From: a bacterium
Lineage (GTDB): Bacteria > Patescibacteriota > Patescibacteriia > UBA10025
Direction of reading: 5' to 3'
Length of the DNA stretch: 64,000 bases
Assembly: GCA_021815445.1 (NCBI GenBank)
Contig: JAKAGM010000002.1
Location: 159,511-223,510 of the forward strand
Shown: piece by piece, positions 39,646-50,700 of the stretch
Layout of the letters: every line of letters begins with the position of its first letter
How positions within the stretch are numbered: the first letter of the stretch is position 1
The notes under the pieces: model-generated
The model's database searches: none
What the model was told of the DNA's origin: nothing
What the model saw: the letters and a program-made list of their open reading frames with translations, nothing else
Position numbers and translations under genes: made by a program

Positions 39646-41451
39646 TTATTTCCACGAACGCCTTGTCTTGATATACCAGTCCATCACGCCATTGAAGCGG
39701 TCTGCCGGCACTATCAGGCGGTCGGCGGTAATTCCCTTTATCTGCTTCGAAGAGGCATGAATATATGTAGGGGAAAAGAGAAAAATCGCGGGAATATCGG
39801 CGGCAAGAATATTCTGAAACTCGATGTATTTTGCCTCCCTGTCCTTGGCGTTATTTGTCATCCTCGCATCCTGGAGCAATTTGTCCACCTGCTTGTTGTA
39901 GTAGCTCGAAAGATTGAGTCCGGTACTGGAGCTCTGTGAAGAATGCCAGAAGGGGAACGGATCCGGGTCGAAACCGATAAGCTCGCCATAGAGAAGCGCG
40001 TCAAAATTTCTCGGCCGCAGGATCTCGCGTTCAATCCGGCTCTGGGGAATGACTTCGACTTCAACGCCGATATTAATTGCTTCCCAGTATTGTTTCAGGA
40101 GGTTAGCTGTCGCTACGTATTCAGGCTGGTCGACAGTCGTCAGTTTAATGCGGAGTTCCGTATCTTTTTTCTTGCGTACTTGCTGTCCTGCGAGGAACGG
40201 CCAGCCGTTGTCATCCAAGAGCTTTTTCGCGGCCTGTATGTCGAGCGGCTGTGTTTTTAGATCCGCATTATATCCGAGGAAACCGGGCGGGATAGGACCG
40301 TTGGCAATGGTACCGTCTTCCCCGAGCACTTGTTGCAGTATTGCTGCCTTGTCTATAGACATGGTAAGCGCCTGGCGGATGACTTTATCTTTCAGCAACG
40401 CGTTTTTCTGATTAAGAAACACCGCGGTGTACTGGGGCAGTTTCAGCGTTTGCAAGTTGATATCGGTATCGTCAGCCACCTTGCCCTTAAGGGTTCGCGG
40501 GATAAAGCTGACCCCCTCCACCGCCCTGCTCTTGAGCGCTTCAATTGCAGATTCAAAATCCGGGTACAGTTTAAAAGTTAACTTAGTAATGTACGGTTTC
40601 TGTCCGTAATAGCCGGGGTACACCGACAATGTATATGACTTGATGTCTCCCGCCTTATTTTTTTGGAGCGAGGCAAATTGGTACGGACCGGATCCTACTG
40701 GCCGGAGGTTGTATTCCGCGAGCCCCAAATTCGCCGAAGCGACGTCACTCCAGATGTGCGCGGGAAGTATGCCGAATGTCAGCGAAGATAGGAAAGGGGC
40801 AAACGGTTCGTCGATAGTAAACTTGATTGTACGATCATCGATCTGTTCCGCTTTAACGCCCTTTAGACTCGCCGCGAGCGGGCTTTTTGTCGCGGGGTCC
40901 TGGATCGTTTCGATGGTAAACATGACGTCGTTGGCTGTCAGGGGTTCGCCGTCGTGCCAATGCAGGTTCGGCTTGAGTTTTATGGTATAGCTTTTTTGGT
41001 CTTCGCCGATCTCATAGCTTTCCGCCAGGTCTGGAACTATTTTTTCCTGCTCGTTGAACCGCAAGAGGCCGGAATACATGAGCCGGACCAAATCAGTGTC
41101 TGTATCGTTGTTTTGCGCGAGAACGGGGTTGATGTATTGCGGCTGTCCGACTATCGCCTCTACATATTCACCCCCCGGTCGCGGAAGTATCGAGATATGC
41201 CGCTGGTAAAATCTAATGCCGAGAAAAATAAACGAAGCTACGGCAATGAGCAAAAAGCTTCTCACGATTATCCGCTCCTTGGGCGTGAGATATTTCGGAA
41301 GATATGAAAGTTGTTTCGTCGAGGGAAAACGGGATTTTGCGAGCGAGAACACTAACTTTTTTTCCCACTCGGCATGCTGCTCAAGAGTTTTGGGCTCCGA
41401 TATTCGCTTGACGCTCTTTGTGATGCTACTAAAAAAAGAGGGGCGTTTCAC
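39646..41451 (-). CDS. Peptide ABC transporter substrate-binding protein (family 5), membrane-anchored
   Basis: GGEY.E..VG.P.YINP, PDLAESY, WHDGEPLTANDV.FT, PVGSGPY, RQAL..SIDK. Confidence 0.9.
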   Translation of the reverse strand: MKRPSFFSSITKSVKRISEPKTLEQHAEWEKKLVFSLAKSRFPSTKQLSYLPKYLTPKERIIVRSFLLIAVASFIFLGIRFYQRHISILPRPGGEYVEAIVGQPQYINPVLAQNNDTDTDLVRLMYSGLLRFNEQEKIVPDLAESYEIGEDQKSYTIKLKPNLHWHDGEPLTANDVMFTIETIQDPATKSPLAASLKGVKAEQIDDRTIKFTIDEPFAPFLSSLTFGILPAHIWSDVASANLGLAEYNLRPVGSGPYQFASLQKNKAGDIKSYTLSVYPGYYGQKPYITKLTFKLYPDFESAIEALKSRAVEGVSFIPRTLKGKVADDTDINLQTLKLPQYTAVFLNQKNALLKDKVIRQALTMSIDKAAILQQVLGEDGTIANGPIPPGFLGYNADLKTQPLDIQAAKKLLDDNGWPFLAGQQVRKKKDTELRIKLTTVDQPEYVATANLLKQYWEAINIGVEVEVIPQSRIEREILRPRNFDALLYGELIGFDPDPFPFWHSSQSSSTGLNLSSYYNKQVDKLLQDARMTNNAKDREAKYIEFQNILAADIPAIFLFSPTYIHASSKQIKGITADRLIVPADRFNGVMDWYIKTRRSWK

Positions 41452-41493
41452 ACGTTCAGAAAGTAATGTAGCGACAATGCGTATCCCGCACGG

Positions 41494-41721
41494 TTATTTC
41501 AGCATGACGTTCGCCAGCGACACTCCCAAGAAGAGAACGGCCAACACAATCGTTGTGATAAAGAGAACACGCTCTATTCCTCGTTTCGTCGTGTAGACGT
41601 TTCCGTCTCCCGACCCGCCGCCGAATATGGATCCGGCGTCAGCTCCCCGCGATTGCAAAAGGATACTGGCGGCCAAAAGGACCGAAACGATGATTTGTGC
41701 GAACGTAAGTACGGTCTTCAT
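41494..41721 (-). CDS. secG: Preprotein translocase SecG
   Basis: ILLQSRG..AGSIFGG, TKRGIE..L...T; two TM helices. Confidence 0.93.
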   Translation of the reverse strand: MKTVLTFAQIIVSVLLAASILLQSRGADAGSIFGGGSGDGNVYTTKRGIERVLFITTIVLAVLFLGVSLANVMLK

Positions 41722-41836
41722 AACATAAAAACTTCAAAATTTACGTAGATATACAGTACCAGAGCGCACCCTTTTTGTCAATCATGTCGTAATGCCGGAC
41801 ATTTTAAGACTTCCGAAGTAACCTTTGGGAAAGCGA

Positions 41837-41995
41837 TTAAGAAGTTCTCTTGTGCCGTGCCGGCTTCCGCATACTCTGCTGGATGGCGAAGACGCTTTTT
41901 CCGGAAACGCGCATCTTTGGCATATGCTTGCGGTGACGGCGCTCGGCCTTTTGCTCAAGTGAACGTTCAATCTGAATTATTGTGTGTTTTTTCAT
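41837..41995 (-). CDS. Small basic hypothetical protein (52 aa), not in ORF track
   Basis: MKKHTIIQIERSLEQKAERRHRKHMPKMRVSGKSVFAIQQSMRKPARHKRTS; the ATG overlaps the uvrC TGA (ATGA). Confidence 0.65.
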   Translation of the reverse strand: MKKHTIIQIERSLEQKAERRHRKHMPKMRVSGKSVFAIQQSMRKPARHKRTS

Positions 41996-43758
41996 AGTGC
42001 TTCTCGTATTTTTTTCGCTCTTTGCCGCCCGACTGCCTCTGTAAGTTTTTGCACTGAGGATTCGCGTATGCCCTGGAGCGAGCCAAAAGTGCGCAGCAAC
42101 TTTTTCTTCATTGCCGGTCCGACGCCTGGAATCTCGTCGAGGATCGACGAGGTTGTCGCCCGGCTGTGGCGCGAACGGTAGAATCTAATGGCGAACCTGT
42201 GGGCTTCATCTCTAATTCGCTGGAGCAGGTGATAGCCGTCGCTTCCCCCCGCCAGGCGCAATGGGCCCTGGTTCGCAGGTATATAGAGTTCCTCCTCGCG
42301 TTTTGCAAGCGCACAGATGGGGATCCCTGCCAGGCGATGCCCGAGAGTTTGGGTCGCCACTGAGAGTTGGCCCTTACCGCCATCGAGGATGATGAGTCCC
42401 GGCTTCGGCCAGTCAACGTGTCGCGATTCCGTGAACCGCCGGCTGAGCATTTCAGCCATCATCGCCGGATCGTTTGACCCGCGGACTGTCTTGATAGAGA
42501 ATTTCCTGTATGCATGCTTGTCGGGGAGGCCGTCGGTAAAGACAATCATGGACCCGACAGGGTGCTTCCCCTGGATATTGGAGATGTCATAGCACTCAAT
42601 GCGTTTCGGAATTGACGGGAGTGAAAGTGTATCGGCGAGTTCCTTGAGAGCGTGATGTACTTTCAGGTGGATGCCCCTTCTATGAAACTGGGTACGGAGC
42701 AAAAACTCTCGGGCGTTCCTGTGGGCGAGATCTGCCAGCTCCCGTTTCATTCCGCGGTGGGCGACGGCTATCTTCATCCCTGTCGTTTTTACAAGCGCCT
42801 CGGCATGGTTCAAACGGAGAGGGAGGTATGCACGGCGCACGTGCTCGGGCGCATTCAGGTAGTACCGCTCCATAAAGATACGAAGCAGGTTTCCGTCGGA
42901 TTCCCCCGAACTTTTTTTCATCAGGAAATCCTGTTTCCCGGTCAATTTTCCTTCGCGAACAAAAAGTACGGCAACGGCGCTGGTGTCGTCCTCCCGGGCC
43001 AGGCCGATGGCGTCAAAGTCCTCTTTGCGTATCGAGAGCACTTTCTGGCGAAGTTTCATTTTATGGATAGCGCGCAGCGAGTCGCGGTACCTTGCCGCCC
43101 GCTCATATAGCTGTTTGGCGGATGCCGAAGCCATGTCCTTTTCCAGTGAGTTTATTATGGGATCATACCGTCCCTGGAGGAACAGCAGGATGTTGCCGAT
43201 ATTTTCCAGGTATCGAGTTCGTTCTTGCGGGCCAAAAAGCTGGGCGTATCTCCTCGTGAGGTATTCCAAGTGGCGGCGCGTCGGGGCTTCCTCGAAGTTT
43301 CTGTGCGGAAAGAGTCTCCTGAGTTCACGGAGAGTCTGCCGCACCGAGTCTGCCGACGTGTACGGGCCGAAGTAACGCGCTTTGTCAGGCAATACTTTTC
43401 TAGATGTAAAGACGCGGGGAAACTCCTCATTCGTCGTTACTTTGATATAGAGAAAGTTTTTATCATCTTTCAGCTCGATATTATACGGGGGCTGGTGTTT
43501 CTTAATGAGTGTCGCCTCAAGTACGAGGGCGTCAGTCTCAGACTTTGTGATAATGGTTTCGATGCGGCCGATATTCTCCACCATCGCGTGTTTTGCCGAC
43601 GTGAGTTCAGAAGAGTCGTGAAAATAGGACCGCACGCGGTTGCGGAGGTTTTTCGCTTTGCCGATATACAGAAGTTTTCCCGTTGAATCGTAGAACTGGT
43701 AGATGCCGGGTTTCTTGGAGATAGAAGCGACGTGTTTTTGTATGGAGAGTGTTGGCAT
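41992..43758 (-). CDS. uvrC: Excinuclease ABC subunit C
   Basis: GIY-YIG domain (PGIY..LYIGKAKNLRNRV.SYF), RIECYDISN, DGGKGQL, RDEAHRFA, HhH; start MPTLS. Confidence 0.97.
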   Translation of the reverse strand: MPTLSIQKHVASISKKPGIYQFYDSTGKLLYIGKAKNLRNRVRSYFHDSSELTSAKHAMVENIGRIETIITKSETDALVLEATLIKKHQPPYNIELKDDKNFLYIKVTTNEEFPRVFTSRKVLPDKARYFGPYTSADSVRQTLRELRRLFPHRNFEEAPTRRHLEYLTRRYAQLFGPQERTRYLENIGNILLFLQGRYDPIINSLEKDMASASAKQLYERAARYRDSLRAIHKMKLRQKVLSIRKEDFDAIGLAREDDTSAVAVLFVREGKLTGKQDFLMKKSSGESDGNLLRIFMERYYLNAPEHVRRAYLPLRLNHAEALVKTTGMKIAVAHRGMKRELADLAHRNAREFLLRTQFHRRGIHLKVHHALKELADTLSLPSIPKRIECYDISNIQGKHPVGSMIVFTDGLPDKHAYRKFSIKTVRGSNDPAMMAEMLSRRFTESRHVDWPKPGLIILDGGKGQLSVATQTLGHRLAGIPICALAKREEELYIPANQGPLRLAGGSDGYHLLQRIRDEAHRFAIRFYRSRHSRATTSSILDEIPGVGPAMKKKLLRTFGSLQGIRESSVQKLTEAVGRQRAKKIREAL

Positions 43759-43798
43759 AGAGGAAGTATAGCTGGTTAGGGCCAGGTTAGAAAATCCC

Positions 43799-43890
43799 GA
43801 GCGCACCCCACCGAGGGTGCGCGAACCTTTGTGAGCGCGGGCGCAGCGGCCTGCGCTCACTCATCCCGCGCACCTTGGAGAAGGTGCGCT
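43799..43890. repeat. REP-like cluster A-B-A
   Basis: GCGCACCC-caccga-GGGTGCGC; GTGAGCGCGGGC..GCCTGCGCTCAC; GCGCACCTT-ggag-AAGGTGCGC. Confidence 0.8.
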
Positions 43891-43999
43891 GGGGTTAATA
43901 ATTCCACGGTAGAGCATGCTTTCCAGCGTGCGAAGTTTAAAAAAAGACCGCGTGATCGTCAGATCACGCGGGTGCCATAGATTTTGCAGCTGGAATGTG

Positions 44000-44212
44000 C
44001 TACTCATCCTGGCGAGCGCCGCGATTCCGGTTGCGGGTGAATCCGCCGAATGACCCGAGGAGTTCCCCGAGGTTGAGCTCGCCGCTTCCCTCCATGGCAA
44101 CCGTACCGACGATGCGAAGGTCAATGGCGATTCTCTTGGAAACGCGGCCTCCTACCGGGCGCCTGTTGCGCGACTGTCTCTTCGCTGGACGTGTGGTCTT
44201 GCGTACTGGCAT
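44000..44212 (-). CDS. Small Arg/Lys-rich orphan protein
   Basis: SD GGAGG, promoter TTGACT-16-TATTCT, terminator CGCGTGATC/GATCACGCG plus T run near 43939-43972. Confidence 0.65.
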   Translation of the reverse strand: MPVRKTTRPAKRQSRNRRPVGGRVSKRIAIDLRIVGTVAMEGSGELNLGELLGSFGGFTRNRNRGARQDE

Positions 44213-44301
44213 GCATCCTCCAAGGTTAGTGGGCTCACTCCTACACAGCGTGAAAGACTGGCAAGAATAGCAGTTCCAAGAAAAAAGTCAAGTCCCTGGG
44301 C

Positions 44302-44325
44302 TGGCAGAGCAAACTCTGCCACTAC
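44302..44325 (-). repeat. GTAG-type REP hairpin
   Basis: The reverse complement reads GTAG-TGGCAGAG-TTTG-CTCTGCCA. Confidence 0.5.
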
Positions 44326-44459
44326 ATCTGCTGGCCCTGTTTCCCCCCGTATTATTGAATAAATAGGTCTTTCGCGCCCCAGCCCTTGACCTCCCTTGAC
44401 AGGGGGTGTATACTGGCATTCGCGTTTTCGACCTTCAGAAATCGTTTTTTCTTTACCCC

Positions 44460-47318
44460 GTGCCAAACAACTACGAACAAAAAATTCGCATCCGCGGAGC
44501 TAAGGTGCATAACTTAAAGAATGTCAGCATTGACCTGCCGCGCAACAAGCTTATCGTTTTTACCGGCCTTTCGGGTTCAGGGAAGTCCTCTTTGGCGTTC
44601 GACACCATTTACGCCGAGGGCCAGCGGAGATATGTCGAATCGCTCTCCGCATATGCCCGGCAATTCCTCGGCTTGATGGACAAGCCCGACGTAGAACAGA
44701 TTGAAGGACTTTCACCGGCCATTTCCATAGACCAGAAGTCAACATCGCACAACCCGCGTTCGACTGTCGGCACTGTCACCGAGGTATACGATTACCTCCG
44801 TCTGCTTTTCGCGCACGTCGGCAAACCGCATTGCCCGATTTGCGGTGACGTCATTTCACGGCAGACTCTTGACCAGATCAAGGCCCAGATTCTTAAACTT
44901 GCCCCCGGGACCAAAATTATTCTTCTCGCCCCCCTGATTAAGGACAAAAAAGGGGAACATAAGGCCGTGGTAGAAAAAGTGCGCAAGGCGGGGTATGTGC
45001 GCGTGCGGTTCGACGGGACGCTGTATACCATCGAGGAGGCGGAAGATTTAACCGTGGATAAGCAGAAGAAGCACACAATTGAAGTGGTCATCGACCGGCT
45101 GACGATAGAGCCGAACATGGACAAGCAGAGGCTTCACGATTCACTCGAGTCGGCGCTCGATCTTGGCGACGGTATTATCATCGTCCACCTTGTCGACCAG
45201 GCTAAGGATTTGCCCTTCAGCCAGCACTTCGCCTGCCCGAAAGACGATCTTTCTCTGCCGCCCATAGAGCCGAGGAGTTTCTCGTTCAATAACCCACATG
45301 GCGCCTGTCCCGATTGTACGGGCTTGGGCACGCGCCTCGAAATAGACGAGAAGCTCATTATCCCGAATCCCAAGCTCACGCTCGCTGAAGGAGCTATCCG
45401 CCCGTGGTCGCGCACGAGCTCCAACCAAACCTGGTACTCGCGCATGCTCGAAATGGTCGCCAAAGAGCACGGATTTTCCGTAGACGTTCCCGTAGAGAAC
45501 CTGACCAAACAGCAGCTCCAGATGATTTTCTTCGGCACGGGCACCAAGCATTACAACATCGAGTACGATTCTCAGAGGTTTTCTGGCGACGTGAGTTTGA
45601 CATTCGAGGGTGTGATTCCCAATCTCATGCGCAGGTACAAGGAAACGGAGTCGGATTACATACGCTCGGAGATTGAGCGGTATATGAGGATTTTTGCCTG
45701 TCCTACCTGCGGAGGCAAGAGGTTAAAAAAAGAGATTCTCGCCGTTACGCTTGCCGATAAGTCCATTGCCGACGTTACCGCGATGACCGTGGAGGACGCA
45801 AAAGCATTCTTCAAAACGCTTGCCGACGGACACGAACTTACTGACCGGGAAAAAACGATAGCCAAGGCCATTTTTAAAGAAATCAGGGAACGGCTTAATT
45901 TCCTGAGCAATGTCGGACTTGATTATATGACGCTCGACCGCGCGTCATCCACGCTCTCGGGAGGGGAGGCCCAGCGTATCCGCCTCGCGACACAGATTGG
46001 TTCATCTCTCGTCGGTGTTATTTACATTCTCGACGAGCCGTCCATCGGGCTCCATCAGCGCGACAACGCTAAGCTTATCGACACTCTGAAGCACTTGCGG
46101 GATCTCGGGAATACGGTCCTTGTCGTCGAACATGACGAGGAGACTATTCTGGCGGCAGACCAGGTGGTGGACATCGGGCCCGGCGCGGGCGGGCACGGCG
46201 GCGAAATAGTCGCGCAGGGTTCGCCTGAGCAAATCAAGCGGAATACGAAGTCGCTGACCGGAAGGTACCTGGCAAACAAAGAAAGCATCAGCCAGCCGAA
46301 ACAATACCGCAAAGGGAACGGCAAGAAACTGGTCATCCAGGGCGCCAGCGAATTCAACCTCAAAAACATTACCGTGAACATTCCGCTCGGCATGTTTGTC
46401 TGTTTTACCGGCGTTTCCGGATCGGGCAAGTCGACGCTCATGACAGAAATCCTGGCGAAGGCGCTCGCGCAACAGTTCTACCAGGCCAAAGACAATCCCG
46501 GGAAGCACAAAGCGATTCTCGGCACGGAATATCTCGATAAGGTCATTAATATCGACCAGTCGCCTATCGGGAGGACGCCGCGTTCAAATCCCGCAACGTA
46601 CACGGGAGTCTTCACCTACATTCGCGACCTCTTTACCCAGCTTCCTGAAGCCAAGCTCCGCGGGTACGGCGCCGGCAGATTCAGTTTCAACGTCGTAGGC
46701 GGACGGTGCGAAGCGTGCCAAGGAGACGGACTGGTAAAAATCGAGATGAACTTCCTCCCGGACGTGTATGTGGACTGCCAAGAGTGCAAAGGGAAGCGGT
46801 ATTCACAATCCGTTCTCGAAATCCATTATCGCGGGAAAAATATCGCCGATATTCTTGATATGACTGTTGAGGAAGCGGCAAACTTTTTCGCACACCAGCC
46901 TGTAATCGCCTCGAAGCTGAAAACGCTCCATGAAGTCGGACTCGGTTATATCCACCTCGGTCAGTCAGCTACCACCTTATCAGGCGGTGAAGCGCAAAGA
47001 ATTAAGCTTGCCACCGAACTATCGCGCCGGGCAACAGGGAGGACTCTCTATATCCTTGATGAGCCGACTACGGGGCTGCACTTCGACGATGTGAAGCGGC
47101 TGCTTTCCGTCCTCGACAAGCTTGTTGAAAAGGGCAATACCGTTCTCGTGATCGAGCATAACATCGACGTCATTAAGTGCGCGGATTGGATTGTTGACCT
47201 GGGTCCGGAGGGCGGTAATAAAGGCGGGGAAATCGTGGCTGAGGGAACGCCCAAAGACGTTGCGAAGGTCAAAAGGAGCTACACGGGTCAGTTTCTCAAA
47301 AAAATTGTGAAGCCATAG
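44460..47318 (+). CDS. uvrA: Excinuclease ABC subunit A
   Basis: Two Walker A motifs ([16 protein letters not shown]), 2x LSGGEAQRI, Zn fingers; GTG 44460 likely start. Confidence 0.99.
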   Translation: MPNNYEQKIRIRGAKVHNLKNVSIDLPRNKLIVFTGLSGSGKSSLAFDTIYAEGQRRYVESLSAYARQFLGLMDKPDVEQIEGLSPAISIDQKSTSHNPRSTVGTVTEVYDYLRLLFAHVGKPHCPICGDVISRQTLDQIKAQILKLAPGTKIILLAPLIKDKKGEHKAVVEKVRKAGYVRVRFDGTLYTIEEAEDLTVDKQKKHTIEVVIDRLTIEPNMDKQRLHDSLESALDLGDGIIIVHLVDQAKDLPFSQHFACPKDDLSLPPIEPRSFSFNNPHGACPDCTGLGTRLEIDEKLIIPNPKLTLAEGAIRPWSRTSSNQTWYSRMLEMVAKEHGFSVDVPVENLTKQQLQMIFFGTGTKHYNIEYDSQRFSGDVSLTFEGVIPNLMRRYKETESDYIRSEIERYMRIFACPTCGGKRLKKEILAVTLADKSIADVTAMTVEDAKAFFKTLADGHELTDREKTIAKAIFKEIRERLNFLSNVGLDYMTLDRASSTLSGGEAQRIRLATQIGSSLVGVIYILDEPSIGLHQRDNAKLIDTLKHLRDLGNTVLVVEHDEETILAADQVVDIGPGAGGHGGEIVAQGSPEQIKRNTKSLTGRYLANKESISQPKQYRKGNGKKLVIQGASEFNLKNITVNIPLGMFVCFTGVSGSGKSTLMTEILAKALAQQFYQAKDNPGKHKAILGTEYLDKVINIDQSPIGRTPRSNPATYTGVFTYIRDLFTQLPEAKLRGYGAGRFSFNVVGGRCEACQGDGLVKIEMNFLPDVYVDCQECKGKRYSQSVLEIHYRGKNIADILDMTVEEAANFFAHQPVIASKLKTLHEVGLGYIHLGQSATTLSGGEAQRIKLATELSRRATGRTLYILDEPTTGLHFDDVKRLLSVLDKLVEKGNTVLVIEHNIDVIKCADWIVDLGPEGGNKGGEIVAEGTPKDVAKVKRSYTGQFLKKIVKP

Positions 47319-47385
47319 ACCCGAAGAATAAAAAAACCCTCTCGATGAGAAGGTGGGGACTTTTCGCGTTGTGCGCGGGAACGAT

Positions 47386-47562
47386 TCAGATACGTTCCCA
47401 GCACATCGGACAGTAGTGCTTGCCCCCATGCACACACTGTAGGGCCTGAGCAGTGTCGAGTTCGTGCTTGCATTGTCTGCACGTAATCCCTGATCCTGGG
47501 AAGTTTTGGGACGGTGGCTGTTCATCCTCGACATTTGTTTCCTGCACATTTTGAGGTGTCAT
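47386..47562 (-). CDS. Small zinc-finger protein (58 aa), not in ORF track
   Basis: MTPQNVQETNVEDEQPPSQNFPGSGITCRQCKHELDTAQALQCVHGGKHYCPMCWERI; SD GAAGGAG, promoter TTTACA-17-TAGACT, terminator near 47328-47358. Confidence 0.75.
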   Translation of the reverse strand: MTPQNVQETNVEDEQPPSQNFPGSGITCRQCKHELDTAQALQCVHGGKHYCPMCWERI

Positions 47563-47697
47563 CTAAAGAGCTCCTTCCCTCAAAAGGCGAGGGGGTGTAT
47601 GTGTTTTTGATTTTTTCCTAAACTGAAAGACCAGTCTACACGATATTCGGATTTTTGTAAAGACCCGAACCAGTCCCCCGGAAATTATACCGAATAC

Positions 47698-47732
47698 CAA
47701 AAACCCCCGCCAGACAAACGGCGGGGGTTTGG
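47698..47732. terminator. Terminator of the large surface protein gene
   Basis: AAACCCCCGCC...GGCGGGGGTTT inverted repeat. Confidence 0.7.
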
Positions 47733-47752
47733 AGTAAAATAGTTCAGCCGAA

Positions 47753-50700
47753 TTACTTAAACGTAATCTTACCGCTCGTGGTGCTGCCTTCAGTGCTGGA
47801 AATCTGGAAGCGGTAAGCGCCGCCTTTCTTGAAGAGTCCAGGTTTCAGCGTAAGATCGAGAGTTGAAGCATTCTTAAACTTCACGCTTACGCTTTGTCCG
47901 TTGATCAGGACGGATGTCTTACGGGTGAAATTTTCACCCCTGATTGTTGCGGCGGCAAGTTTGTTCTTATCCGCGAAATATTTCACATTGATCGAGCTTG
48001 TCACTTTCGGTGCGAGGTTCTTCATTGACATACTGGCGCCAACGACGGCTATTTTCTGTCCTACGGGGTACTTGGTATCCCGCGTGAATCTCCCGTTCTT
48101 CGGGTTGTAGCTGAATACCGCCGTGTCATCGCCGGCCTTGGCAACGAGGGCGCCGACGCCCTTCACGTATGCTTCGAGCGCAGTGACCGTAGTTGATCCC
48201 GAAAATCTTTTTACCCCTATTTTCATCGTTCCTGACGACCGGTAGTTGCTCGTGATGTCGTAGGTGATTACCTCACCGGCGCCTTTTACCGTTCCGACCA
48301 GAATGTCTTCGCGTCCATCCTGCGTGACATCGGCAAAGACCACATTAAGCCCTTTCTTATACCCGCCGACCGGCACCAACTCTTTCACTTTGCTTACATT
48401 CGGGTTGTTTTTCTTGTTGCCGGTGACTTTGTAGACGATGACTTTTGAGACATCCTTTGTCATTTCAGCGGGAGCCGCAACGATAACCTGGCCGTTTTTC
48501 CCTCCAAGGTTCGCTGTCAATACGGTGACAGCGCCTTTATACTTGCTGAACGGGATAAACGATTTTCCGATCCCGACGGTGATTTGCGTCTCGCCATTTT
48601 TATTCTTACCCGTGGTGACGCCCGTGAGGTTGGTTTTTGATGCTTTGACGCCGGCAGTGCTTACGATTGAGTGGACCGAGAAGTGAGACAGGCCGGTTAC
48701 CGTCAGAGTCTTGTTCGTCGTATCCTGGAGAATGTTGTCCGGTTTTTCCCAGGCTCCGGTGGAGGCATTATAGAATTTCGGAACAAGCGAATTCTCGGAG
48801 ATGCCAAGCTTGTCCAAAATATCAGTGCTGTATTTGTACAGGATGCTGACCGTGGATGCCGCGAACTTGGTGATTTCCGAACCGTTTTGAATCGCCTTAA
48901 ATTCGTATCCGAAACCGAATGCCGGCTGATCAGTCTGCGTCGTGTTGATTTGCACTGTCGGCGTCGCTGTTACCGTTACCGATCCCGACGTGGCGATAGA
49001 ACCCGCCGGCATAGTGACAGTGGTGCCGTCCCGCAACGTGAGCACTGACTGTTGTGTCGCGTCAAATGTCGTTGATACTGCGTCGGGAAGCTGTACGACG
49101 TTCTTTGAGAGCTGGAAGTTCTGAGTGTATTTACCTGCGCTTGCCGTCACGAGCATCACTTCATCGCTACGGTAGAAATCACGGCTCTGGGGACTGTCGG
49201 CGCCTATATGCCATGTCGCGCCTGAATTAATATTCAGTTTGTAGGTTCCGTTATTTATCGGCCCGCCTGAGAATCCGCCGCTTTCAGACCATGCGTGGAC
49301 GAAACCGTTCGTCACGGGCGCGTTTCCTATTTTCACTGTTCCTGTCACTGTTACATCCGAAGTTTGGAGGATCATGACAAGATCACAGCTTTTTGCAGCG
49401 GTGAGATCGCACCGTTGCATCGGCGCGGGCATATACTGACTTTCAGGAGGCAGGCCGTTATTGACCGTGTACTTGTGGCCGGACACCACCGCAATGGTCG
49501 CTGTCCCGTTTTCATCCGTCTGGCTTCCGCCGTTGATTTGCTTGTTAAAATCTTCTTCTTTCGGGCCGATGCTATGATCCGTAGATTCACCTTTCACCTT
49601 TACCGGCAGGAATGCCGCGCCCGTCAGTGTGCCCGCCGGGCCAAACTTGCTGCATTCCGTTTGGTTTTCAGGTTTTGAACAAAACGTTTTGCATTCTGTT
49701 TCAGACTTGCACCCGCCGGGTCCTGTTTGCGGGCCGTTGTTGGGTTGACCGGGGCCCGAGCTTGGCCCTTTGACGCCGAAGAAACGGCCGCACTCGTCTT
49801 TATTTTGCGACTTGCTGCAAAATTGGCTACATTCATACGTATTCGTACAGCCGCCCGGGCCCTTGGAGCCGGCCGGGAGCTTGTCATTCTGGCATTCGCT
49901 CTTGTGCTTTACATCAAGACAGTATTTCATGATTGATTGCGGATCGGTGTTCCCGCCCGGACCCTTTTGGTCCGCGAGGCCTTTGGGGCCTTCACCGCCG
50001 GGGCCGCCTTGGCCCTGGTTACCCATAGGACCGCCGAAAATTTCCTCATGATTGTCCGCTCCGACCCAGACATGGGGGACTTTGTTGCCTTTCGGGTCTA
50101 CAACAGTTACCCGGATTTTTGCGTCGGACGCGACTACTACGATATTCTTAGCGACCCGGTCATTGGCCTTTACCACGATCGGGTCGGGCGACGGGGGCCG
50201 GTTCATAAATCCGGAACCCTCATCCAAATGATAACCGAATTGGTATGTGCCGGGGCCTACCGAGACCTCATATGAGCAGTCCGGCTTAATCTGCGTGTTG
50301 AAGCCGTTGCCTTTCTCAAAGTTATTGACAAATACTTCGCCGAAGAACCGGGCGTCGCCCGAGGCGGTGCATGACGTCAGAGGTATGCCGTCGGGTGTTA
50401 CTACTGCCCCGTAGATAGACGAAGTGTTTTGAACAATAGTGAGATCCTGAGTTGTAGTGCTGTTTGCTACGACGGTTACCGTCGGGTTTGTTTTTACCGA
50501 GAATTGGACGTTTTGGGGAAAATGAATACCGACCTGCACGACTGAGAGTACTTTCGATGGGAGCTTAATGGTGTAACGGCCGTTATTGACCGGGCCGCCA
50601 AACTCGTTCGAAGGGCCGCCGTTTGTCGACTGGAGCGGCCGGGCGTATGCCCATCCCGGCATCTGGGGGACGACATTGCCGCTCTCATCGAGAATGCGCC

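Noticed and set aside
44330-44460. LexA/SOS box at uvrA, uvrC or recA
   Set aside because: No shared palindrome recognisable upstream of the three genes.
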